IMG/VR virus record: IMGVR_UViG_3300031257_000001
Span: 40,327 to 104,326 of that record
DNA length: 64,000 nt
DNA from: a virus
Strand: one strand, 5' to 3'
Shown here one piece after another: positions 19,043 to 26,778 of the stretch. Below the pieces are notes generated by a model. That model was given only the letters and a program-made list of their open reading frames with translations. It did no database searches and was not told the origin of the DNA. The position numbers and the translations under genes were made by a program. Each line of letters starts with the position of its first letter. Position 1 is the stretch's first letter.

Positions 19043-22000
19043 ATGACCACCGGTTCTGAATTCGTCAACATCACTGACAAAGCAATTCTCGGTCACCTCG
19101 ACATGAAGGATCGGTTTCTGGAATACCTTAAGACTGCATCCGAACTGTCGGTGAAGAGTCTGTGGAATGTGGACGGTGTTTTCGACATCAAATTGACGTT
19201 GTCTTCGCCCGGCGCAAACCAGATTCAAGTTGACGGAGCATCGTTGATCGTGGATGGCATTGGGCATCTGTTGGATGTGAATTCCATTTATCCAAGCAGA
19301 ATTGCCAGCTTTGAAAATGCGAATGGCATCGATTACGATGTGGGATTTCACTATGCAGAGCGCCCCGTAGGGATCCGCATCAACCCCAGGACGGGCCAAC
19401 CTGAGTACGTGAAATGGCGAGAAGTCATCGGCGAACCAGCAGCGCCAAGTTCTGTAGTCGACCACGGGAACGGCACCATCACATTCAACGTGAACAGCGT
19501 CACCGAATCTGGTGTGGACAACGCTGGACGTTTGGTGTTGGTCTACAAGAATGAGCCTGCTGAAGGTGCAACGTCTGAATCTTTGGCAATGGAAGAGCTG
19601 TTGGTTGCATATTCCGGCGGCAACAACTTGGTCACGACAAGCGGTGCTCTTGGGCAATCGTCGCCTTCCACAACAGCATCAGACTACACAGTGATTCTGC
19701 TTGGCGTCAGCGTCAAACGGAATATCAGCTTGGAGGGGGCATCTGGTTTCATGTTCGTTGGCGTGGTGACGGGGAATGGTGGGACGCCCACTGCATTCGA
19801 CAACACCAATCAACGTCTACTCAAGACGTTCCAAGACAGCACACAAGTCACCTTCACACCATACGGTTGGTTGACGGCTGGGACTGTGCAAGGAGCATTT
19901 GAGCAGGTGGTTAGTTTGCTAGGGGCCGAGGGGACCGGCGTGGATGATGGCTCCAACAAGATTGGTTGTGATGACGACAATTGGCACATGTACTATTCCG
20001 CTGATGGATTGGATGAAGACGGTTGGGGTGGGATAGGTGCATTGGGCGACTCTGGGCAGCCAGACGGTTGGGTCTCCGGACTATCCAACATAGACTTGGA
20101 ATCTGTGATGGATCGCATTGATGCGGTCCTCCGTCAGCGTCGTCAATTCACAGGAACATTGGGTGATGACACGGTCAATTCCAGAGGGGATGTCCAACGC
20201 GATCAACCCGAAACATCAGTCGCATCCAATGGTGGATTGTGGATACTACAGAAGCTACACACGGCATCGCCAAGTCCCAAATCGTCATACCGGCTAGCAG
20301 ATGGAAGTTCTGGACGGAACCCGTGGCTGATTGCTGAAACCAGTTCGGATCACCATGCAGGACACCAACGTGTCTTCCGCGCTGTGACAGACAGCGATTT
20401 GATGTTGCAGGGACGTTTTGATCGCGTCAAGATTTGCAATGAATCAACAACCATGACCCATCTGCTTCACGCAGTGGGTGGTTTGCACTTGAATGATTGT
20501 GGCATTGATTGTGGGGCCATTGATATTAACGGTTACAGAGCGGCAACTGGCAATTCCGTGACGATGCCAACTTTCAAAAGGTGCTTTTGCGGATCAGTCA
20601 ATGATGCTGGAATCGGAGTTGGATACACAGCGGCTGATGCCACATTGCGTTTTTGCAACGATTACAGCAACCCAAATATGCCTCCGGGGGCCGTATTTGA
20701 GGACTGTTTGATTGAATCGCCAAACCAAGTCACGTATGATCACGCCGCCGTGGAATTCGACCAATTGACCGCGGATTGGACGACGCTGTGGGGCGCGGAC
20801 GATGATGTGTACAACGGATCAATCACGTTTCGCAGTTGTGTTTTCGTACAAAAACATCCAAATCACACACTAGTAAAGGGGCACTCATCTTGGGGTGGTT
20901 GTCAGATCGTTTTTGAGAATTGTGTGTTCATCGGTCGAAGTGATCAAGAAGCCACGTTAATTGACATCAGCGGCATGGAGGATGTACATTTCAGGAATTG
21001 CTCCGTATTTGCTCCCAATGGCAACGTCTTGTTGGCCAGTGCAGTGAAACGTTGTTCAATCGATGGCATGTTCATCTATTGCGACGACGGTGATGGCAGC
21101 GGCACGTCGCACCAACTGTTCACATTCCAAGGAACTGGCACTGGGTATTCCAACGATTGTCGTGTATCAAATGTGGTGTGCCAAATTGAGGGCTCCGGCG
21201 TGTTTGATGGAACCGTGAGTGTTGAATCTGCAATCACACTGACATCGTGTTACGTTGACGGTTTCAACGTTCAGGTAAATGCAGGTGAACTACCCCGTGG
21301 CAATTGGTTGAATCTTGGATACATCTCAGGTTGCAACATCAGGTGGTCCGCAGGCCCATCATGTACTGGGAGGCAAGCCGATGATTATGACGACATCTCA
21401 CTCATCGGTGCCAAGGTTTCCAACCTGCAATACAAGGTTGATTGCGCCACAGAAGATGCTGGATATGCTTCATTCGTTTGCAAGATGGGTGACAACTCGA
21501 CACTGCTGGATCCACAGTTCACACTGACAACGCAAGATTCCGTTGGTGACGGGTACAAAGCTACGTTTGGATTCGTGTCATCTGAATTTGCCACAATCAA
21601 TGGCGGGTTCATGCATGATGCCTCAACGTATGGTAAGAAGAATTTCAGCTCTGATGGACGGTACTACTTTGAAGGGAGCGAATGGTGCGCCATCCGGAAC
21701 CACTCCATCTACTCGGAGCCATCATATTTGCATGGTGCGCTAGGTTGCATCATCTCATTCAAGAGCTCATTCAGCTCACGTTGCGTTATTGATGGGAACA
21801 ACATCAGATTCCCTGGGACCAGGATGGCCAATTCCAAGCATGTGCTGTATGCTGAGGCTGCTAGCTTCTGCAGCTTCTCAAACAACATGATGGAGTCCTA
21901 CACCACAGGTGCCACTTCGTTTGGATCTGGCATTCTCAAATTTGACAATGCCATCAGCACAAATGGGTTGTGCCAAGTCATCGCCAATAACGTGAAAATG

Positions 22001-22144
22001 GCGGGGGCTGATGGGTACTTCATTGACATCGACTCCGGTGCGTTTTCCAACGGCATCATCAAAAACAATGTGCTGAATCATGGCGGCACAACCGTCAACG
22101 GGACACCAACGAGTAGCTACGTTTCAGATAACATCAACGTGTGA
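19043..22144 (+). CDS. tail fibre / tailspike with predicted parallel beta-helix
   Basis: 1033 aa, last tail gene; repeated 'F.NC.F', 'IDGNNI', 'FSNN', 'IIKNNV' beta-helix motifs; lower GC. Confidence 0.75.
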   Translation: MTTGSEFVNITDKAILGHLDMKDRFLEYLKTASELSVKSLWNVDGVFDIKLTLSSPGANQIQVDGASLIVDGIGHLLDVNSIYPSRIASFENANGIDYDVGFHYAERPVGIRINPRTGQPEYVKWREVIGEPAAPSSVVDHGNGTITFNVNSVTESGVDNAGRLVLVYKNEPAEGATSESLAMEELLVAYSGGNNLVTTSGALGQSSPSTTASDYTVILLGVSVKRNISLEGASGFMFVGVVTGNGGTPTAFDNTNQRLLKTFQDSTQVTFTPYGWLTAGTVQGAFEQVVSLLGAEGTGVDDGSNKIGCDDDNWHMYYSADGLDEDGWGGIGALGDSGQPDGWVSGLSNIDLESVMDRIDAVLRQRRQFTGTLGDDTVNSRGDVQRDQPETSVASNGGLWILQKLHTASPSPKSSYRLADGSSGRNPWLIAETSSDHHAGHQRVFRAVTDSDLMLQGRFDRVKICNESTTMTHLLHAVGGLHLNDCGIDCGAIDINGYRAATGNSVTMPTFKRCFCGSVNDAGIGVGYTAADATLRFCNDYSNPNMPPGAVFEDCLIESPNQVTYDHAAVEFDQLTADWTTLWGADDDVYNGSITFRSCVFVQKHPNHTLVKGHSSWGGCQIVFENCVFIGRSDQEATLIDISGMEDVHFRNCSVFAPNGNVLLASAVKRCSIDGMFIYCDDGDGSGTSHQLFTFQGTGTGYSNDCRVSNVVCQIEGSGVFDGTVSVESAITLTSCYVDGFNVQVNAGELPRGNWLNLGYISGCNIRWSAGPSCTGRQADDYDDISLIGAKVSNLQYKVDCATEDAGYASFVCKMGDNSTLLDPQFTLTTQDSVGDGYKATFGFVSSEFATINGGFMHDASTYGKKNFSSDGRYYFEGSEWCAIRNHSIYSEPSYLHGALGCIISFKSSFSSRCVIDGNNIRFPGTRMANSKHVLYAEAASFCSFSNNMMESYTTGATSFGSGILKFDNAISTNGLCQVIANNVKMAGADGYFIDIDSGAFSNGIIKNNVLNHGGTTVNGTPTSSYVSDNINV

Positions 22145-22175
22145 TGCAACTCGACGCTGGTGACAAGTACAGGAT

Positions 22176-22832
22176 ATGATTCCCAACACTATGACTGACT
22201 ATCTCAACTCCACCGAGTTTCGAGCCGCCCTGCTCGTGGCGGTGCCTACACTGTTGGTCCTCTTGCGCAGGGTGACGCCACTGCTGGACCTCACCACGTG
22301 GCCAAAGTGGTTGCAACCGGTGCCACCGTTGCTGCTCGCTGGGCTACCTGTGCTCGTGGGTGAACTTGAATCCTGCGCAAGTACCGGGGCTGCGTTTCTC
22401 GCTGCGCTGTTCGAAGGGCTCGCCGCGATCGGCGCGTGGCATGGGTTGAAGCGACTGAAACCCGGTGGCGTGGCGAAGGCATCTGCGGTGTCGTTGATTC
22501 TTCTGCTCACTGGGTGTGCTGGATCTCTTGAGACATCTCGCAGCCGGGGCCAGCTGGTGCCGCGCACGGCAAGCGAACCGCGCGACGAGGCACGGTGCAG
22601 ACAACTGGATGATCGCAGGACGCTCTGGGGTGGACTCGGGAAGGGTGCGTTGGGACTAGTCACAGCGGAGGCCGCGGTCACGACCCAGATCGATCAGCTG
22701 GACCGGCGCTATCGGCCCGGAGCGAAGATTGCCGTGATCAGCTCAGCTGCCGCGGTGGCTGCGTTCGGAGTGGCCGTGATTTACGTGTCCGAGGAATCCG
22801 GCAACCGATGGGCTGAGGAGTGCAGCCAGTAA
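22176..22832 (+). CDS. holin-like membrane protein with internal lipobox and C-terminal hydrophobic segments
   Basis: Three N-terminal hydrophobic helices ending 'GLAAIGAWHGLKR', then 'LILLLTGC'; located after the tail genes. Confidence 0.5.
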   Translation: MIPNTMTDYLNSTEFRAALLVAVPTLLVLLRRVTPLLDLTTWPKWLQPVPPLLLAGLPVLVGELESCASTGAAFLAALFEGLAAIGAWHGLKRLKPGGVAKASAVSLILLLTGCAGSLETSRSRGQLVPRTASEPRDEARCRQLDDRRTLWGGLGKGALGLVTAEAAVTTQIDQLDRRYRPGAKIAVISSAAAVAAFGVAVIYVSEESGNRWAEECSQ

Positions 22833-22846
22833 GGCGCGAGGCCCGC

Positions 22847-22993
22847 ATGTGGCCCGATCGCCGCCCAGTCTACCTCGAATGCCAACCACCATTGTGGGAC
22901 CGCGTTGCGGTGCGTGCCGGGTGCTGGGTTTGGGCAGGAATGTTAGCGTTGGCTGCAGCTGTGGTGCTGATGAGTGTCGCGTTTCTGCGGTAA
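22847..22993 (+). CDS. small single-pass membrane protein (48 aa)
   Basis: MWPDRRPVYLECQPPLWDRVAVRAGCWVWAGMLALAAAVVLMSVAFLR fills the gap; below the ORF-track cutoff. Confidence 0.45.
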   Translation: MWPDRRPVYLECQPPLWDRVAVRAGCWVWAGMLALAAAVVLMSVAFLR

Positions 22994-23003
22994 GGAGTGG
23001 CGT

Positions 23004-23777
23004 GTGACAGAAATCAAATGTTGTGGGTGTCTGCCTGATCCAATCGACCACAGACACCACGCTGATTTTGAGAGACTTGGGCTTACGGCGGGCACAGAGC
23101 AGTGGCCGTCGCTTCGTGCATTTTGCGGCGAGGTACTCAACCAGCAGAGCACCAGCTCGTGCGTGCCGCATGCGATTCTGGACGCCGAGCGGACCACGCT
23201 CCGTGCGCGCCACCTGATTGATGCGCCGCTCGGGTCGATTCTGCAGCTGTACTACGGTGCGCGCTTTCGAAGCGGCCTGCATGGCAGCGATGACGGTTGC
23301 TACCCGAGCGTGGCCATTTTTGAGCTGGAAGCCAACGGGATTGCGCCGGCATTCCAATGGCCATTCGCACCAATGCATGTGCAGAAGCGCCCGCCAATTG
23401 CCGCGACTCGTGATGCCTATGAACGTCGGGGCATGCGCGACACCTATGCAATACACGAATCGACGGTGGATGGTCGAATCGCCGCAATGCGTGCGGCACT
23501 CAACGCTAAGCGCGCCGGCACAATGCAGATACCGGTTGACCGCGCGATGATGTTCTCCAACGGTGTCACGTTGATAGAGTATGCCAAGCTTGGAGCAATA
23601 GAAGGCTATCACCTTGTCGAATTCGTTGCGCTTGCCGATGACGGTGGGCCATGTGTCGAAATCAAAAACAGCTGGGGCAGCGGTTGGCGAGATGGTGGCT
23701 ATGCCTACCTGGATCGCGGTTTCATCGACAACACACAATCGCTCTACATCATAGACCCGAAGGACCCACCGCGATGA
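23004..23777 (+). CDS. papain-like (C1 family) cysteine peptidase
   Basis: 'NQQSTSSCVPHA' (Q oxyanion, catalytic C), 'GYHLV' (H), 'KNSWGSGWRDGGY' (N). GTG start after AAGGAG. Confidence 0.85.
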   Translation: MTEIKCCGCLPDPIDHRHHADFERLGLTAGTEQWPSLRAFCGEVLNQQSTSSCVPHAILDAERTTLRARHLIDAPLGSILQLYYGARFRSGLHGSDDGCYPSVAIFELEANGIAPAFQWPFAPMHVQKRPPIAATRDAYERRGMRDTYAIHESTVDGRIAAMRAALNAKRAGTMQIPVDRAMMFSNGVTLIEYAKLGAIEGYHLVEFVALADDGGPCVEIKNSWGSGWRDGGYAYLDRGFIDNTQSLYIIDPKDPPR

Positions 23778-24064
23778 AGTGGCTACTGCTGGCAGCATTG
23801 CTCTGTGCCTGTCGTCCAGTCTACAATCCTACAGACCCGCAAGACGTAGACGGTGGCGGAGCGTCTGATTGCGCAGCCATGTGTTCCACGCTCGAACAGC
23901 TTGGCTGTGACAAGGAATGGGGAATTGATCCTGAAGACGGTCCGTGTCTCGAGTGGTGTACTGCACGTGAAAGTGATCCGAAGTCACCAACAATGTGCCC
24001 TGCACAAGTGGCCAAGGCGACAAGTTGTAATGAGGCCAACCAACTCAGCCAATGTGGGGATTGA
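23774..24064 (+). CDS. Cys-rich lipoprotein
   Basis: MKWLLLAALLCAC signal/lipobox; 8 further Cys; start overlaps the upstream stop. Confidence 0.7.
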   Translation: MKWLLLAALLCACRPVYNPTDPQDVDGGGASDCAAMCSTLEQLGCDKEWGIDPEDGPCLEWCTARESDPKSPTMCPAQVAKATSCNEANQLSQCGD

Positions 24065-24100
24065 TCAGCTCGTAGCTGGAAGACACACTATCTTAGCTGA

Positions 24101-26632
24101 GTGATCAAGCTACGCTTGGACAACCGCTGGGTCTACATCACCGGCGCTCCGCGCTCCGTCATCCGCGAGTTGGAGTCCATCACGAGCTATCGTGTGGCGG
24201 GCTTCATGTTCGCGCCGTCCTTCAAGAGAGGGCACTGGGACGGCAAGGAGCACCTGCTGCGCTTCAGCAGCAAGCGCGGATACCACGCGCCCCGAGGACT
24301 CGTCACCGACATCGCCCGGGCTCTTCGGGCTGAGGGGCATCGGTACACGGTCGAGCATGTCCACGCTCCGCTGCCGGAGCGGCGCAAGCTGGTGTGGGAG
24401 TCCAGCGTGGTGATGCGAGGATACCAGGATGAGGCGATCAACGCCCTGCTGGCACCTCCTGTGCGCGGCAGTGGGGTGTTGAAGATGCCCATCAGGAGCG
24501 GCAAGACCAAGATGGCCGCCCGGCTCATCCGCAGGATCGGCCAGGCCACACTGTTCGTGGTCCCGTCCAAGTCACTCCTGTACCAGACCCGGGAAGCCCT
24601 CGCTGAGTGCTTCCCGTTGGAGACCATCGGCCTCATCGGCGACTCCGAGCACGATGAGCAGTTCATCACAGTCGCCTCCATCCAGACATTGGCGATGTGG
24701 CGCGAGGGCGGCCGCTGGAAGATGATGCGGCCTGCCAAGAAGCAGGAAAGCCGCGTTGCGTGGCTGGAGGAGCACGGCTGGGAGCCGTCGGGCGAGCTGT
24801 GGCGCAAAGGTCGCATCAAGCCCGTGGCGATCGTCAAGGCCATCGAGCGTGAGGCGAGCGACCGCGAGGCAGAGCGGAAGGCCACTGTCAAGGCCAAGTA
24901 CAAGGGTCTGCTCAAGGCGTTCCCTCTGCTCATCCTCGATGAATGCTTTATTGCAGGAACGTTAGTTGACGGGAGACCTATCGAGAGCATTGCTGTCGGT
25001 GACATGGTTGCTGCATTCGACAACAACGGCACCACATCCCAACGACGAGTAACCCGGACATTCAAAACGGTTCCATCCAGCCTTGTTCGCATCCGATTCA
25101 ACGACGGAAGGACCCTGACTTGCACGCCAGGGCATCCCTTCTTCACCGCTTGCGGTTGGGTGAAGGCTTGCGAGCTGAGGCCTGGATCGGATATGGTGTT
25201 AAGCACCAATGCTAAAGTGCACGACCTGCGGACGGGAATTGGACTCGGAGAACGTTCCTGCTCATCGTTTGGAACGATGGAAGAAAACCGGAAGAATCTA
25301 CTGCAAGACAGCTTGCGGCCGTGCATACACCGGGAAGGTGACCCGAAACTCACCCCACCTACGCTCCCAGGAGGTGCGGGAGGCTTCATCGAGGCGAATG
25401 AAGGAGAGCAACCCGATGCGCTCGGAGCATGTGCGTGCCAAAATGGCAGCTTCGCTGCGTGCTCGTGGCCATTCTCCCAATTGGACCAAGGGCGGGAACG
25501 GACGGCCACTACCAATTGCACAAGTGGTCCTTGCAGCTGCTTTGGGATGGGAGACAGAATGCGTTGTGAAGACGGGGAATCCGTCACGTGGAGTGGATCG
25601 AATGGTCGGGATTTCGTCTTGTTACAAGCTGGATGTTGCCAACTCGACGCTGAAGCTCGGAATCGAGCTAGACGGCCCCTCGCACCACACTCCGAAAGCA
25701 CGTGTGTTGGACAAAAAGAAAACCGACTTTCTGAGTGGGATGGGGTGGACGGTGTTGAGGTTCTCCAACCGGGAAGTGACAAACGATTTGGAGGGTTGTG
25801 TCCGGACGGTTTTGTGTACAATCTCGAAGTTGAAGGACTCCACACGTACATAGCCAACGGCTTGGCCGTCCACAACTGTCACCACTACCGGGGGACCGGC
25901 GAGTGGTACAAGGTCCCGCATGAGTTCGACAGCAGGTTCAAGGTCGGCCTGTCGGCCACCGCCTATCTGGACAACAGCGTCGAGCAGGAACGCGGGATCA
26001 TCTGGCTGAAGGCGACGTGCGGACCGATCCGCTGCGACATCCCGATGAGCCGTCTCATCGCGGACGGATTCTTGATGAAGCAGCACGTCAGGATGTTCCG
26101 CGTGACCACCCCCAACCTCAATGGCCGGAAGTGGAGCGCGACGATGCGCCGGCAAGCCATCGTGACCAACCGCCGGCGCAACGCGATAATCGTCATGTGC
26201 GCTGCCAAGTACGCCGCAGAAGGACGCCGCATCGCCATCATCGCCCGGCTCCACGAACACATCGGGATCCTGTGCGAGGCGATGGATGAGGCCGGGCTGG
26301 AGTATCGCACCATCACCGGGCATGACGACCAAGAAGCGCGCGAGGACATCGTTGACGGGTTGGTCAGAGGGGACTACCATGTAATCATTGGAACCGTCAT
26401 CGGCGAGGGCGTGGACATCCCACAAATGGAGGTGGTCATCAATGCGGAAGGCGGCAGGGATACCAAGTCCACTGTGCAAAGGCAACGCAATCTAACCATC
26501 AACAAGGGCAAAAGGCAGGCGGTATTGGTTGACTTTTTGGACGAGACAAACGACCATCTGCGAAAGCACTCCGAGGCCCGGTTGGAGGTGTACCGCAGCG
26601 AGCCAATGTTCCAGATTGACCTGGTGGGCTAG
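24101..26632 (+). CDS. SF2 DExH helicase (UvsW/ResIII-like) containing an intein
   Basis: 'MRGYQ', motif I 'PIRSGKT', motif II 'LILDE/CHH' split by the intein, 'GLSAT', 'IGEGVDIP', 'QRQR'. Confidence 0.92.
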   Translation: MIKLRLDNRWVYITGAPRSVIRELESITSYRVAGFMFAPSFKRGHWDGKEHLLRFSSKRGYHAPRGLVTDIARALRAEGHRYTVEHVHAPLPERRKLVWESSVVMRGYQDEAINALLAPPVRGSGVLKMPIRSGKTKMAARLIRRIGQATLFVVPSKSLLYQTREALAECFPLETIGLIGDSEHDEQFITVASIQTLAMWREGGRWKMMRPAKKQESRVAWLEEHGWEPSGELWRKGRIKPVAIVKAIEREASDREAERKATVKAKYKGLLKAFPLLILDECFIAGTLVDGRPIESIAVGDMVAAFDNNGTTSQRRVTRTFKTVPSSLVRIRFNDGRTLTCTPGHPFFTACGWVKACELRPGSDMVLSTNAKVHDLRTGIGLGERSCSSFGTMEENRKNLLQDSLRPCIHREGDPKLTPPTLPGGAGGFIEANEGEQPDALGACACQNGSFAACSWPFSQLDQGRERTATTNCTSGPCSCFGMGDRMRCEDGESVTWSGSNGRDFVLLQAGCCQLDAEARNRARRPLAPHSESTCVGQKENRLSEWDGVDGVEVLQPGSDKRFGGLCPDGFVYNLEVEGLHTYIANGLAVHNCHHYRGTGEWYKVPHEFDSRFKVGLSATAYLDNSVEQERGIIWLKATCGPIRCDIPMSRLIADGFLMKQHVRMFRVTTPNLNGRKWSATMRRQAIVTNRRRNAIIVMCAAKYAAEGRRIAIIARLHEHIGILCEAMDEAGLEYRTITGHDDQEAREDIVDGLVRGDYHVIIGTVIGEGVDIPQMEVVINAEGGRDTKSTVQRQRNLTINKGKRQAVLVDFLDETNDHLRKHSEARLEVYRSEPMFQIDLVG
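25168..25197 (+). promoter_or_regulatory. candidate sigma70-type promoter inside the intein
   Basis: TTGCGA-18 bp-TATGGT, 11 nt before ATG 25209. The -10 hexamer is identical to that of the promoter at 31463-31491. Confidence 0.4.
25209..25853 (+). CDS. DUF559/Vsr-like endonuclease with Zn-finger and NUMOD-like N-terminus, nested in the +1 frame of the intein
   Basis: 214-aa ORF: CTTC...YCKTAC, 'RMKESNPM', 'YKLDVA...GIELDGPSH...DKKKTDFLSGMGWTVLRFSNREV'. Confidence 0.85.
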   Translation: MLKCTTCGRELDSENVPAHRLERWKKTGRIYCKTACGRAYTGKVTRNSPHLRSQEVREASSRRMKESNPMRSEHVRAKMAASLRARGHSPNWTKGGNGRPLPIAQVVLAAALGWETECVVKTGNPSRGVDRMVGISSCYKLDVANSTLKLGIELDGPSHHTPKARVLDKKKTDFLSGMGWTVLRFSNREVTNDLEGCVRTVLCTISKLKDSTRT

Positions 26633-26691
26633 CGTGTGAAACCATTCCACGCTACCTTACACACTGCCGGCGATTCCCCCTCACGGCCCAC

Positions 26692-26733
26692 AAGGCAGCC
26701 ATGACTACCCCAGGTTGTGGCTGCCTTTCATTT
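26692..26733 (+). terminator. putative intrinsic terminator after the helicase
   Basis: Stem AAGGCAGCCATGAC / GTTGTGGCTGCCTT (two G-U pairs) followed by TCATTT. Confidence 0.6.
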
Positions 26734-26778
26734 GGGTGCCCGTCAGCGCTTTTCGGCCTGCCTGTGTAGGGCCGTCCC

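Larger units (their letters stand above)
24944..25876 (+). mobile_element. intein (311 aa) in helicase motif II
   Basis: Block A CFIAGTLV, block B TCTPGHPF, blocks F/G VYNLEVEGLHTYIANGLAVHN|C. Removal restores DECHH. Confidence 0.93.

Noticed and set aside
19043-22144. Diversity-generating retroelement or invertible tail-fibre cassette
   Set aside because: No reverse transcriptase, invertase or duplicated template/variable region seen in the window.
24187-25875. 562-aa minus-strand ORF across the helicase and intein
   Set aside because: Ser/Arg/Pro-rich with no motifs; the kind of antisense shadow expected in GC-rich coding DNA.
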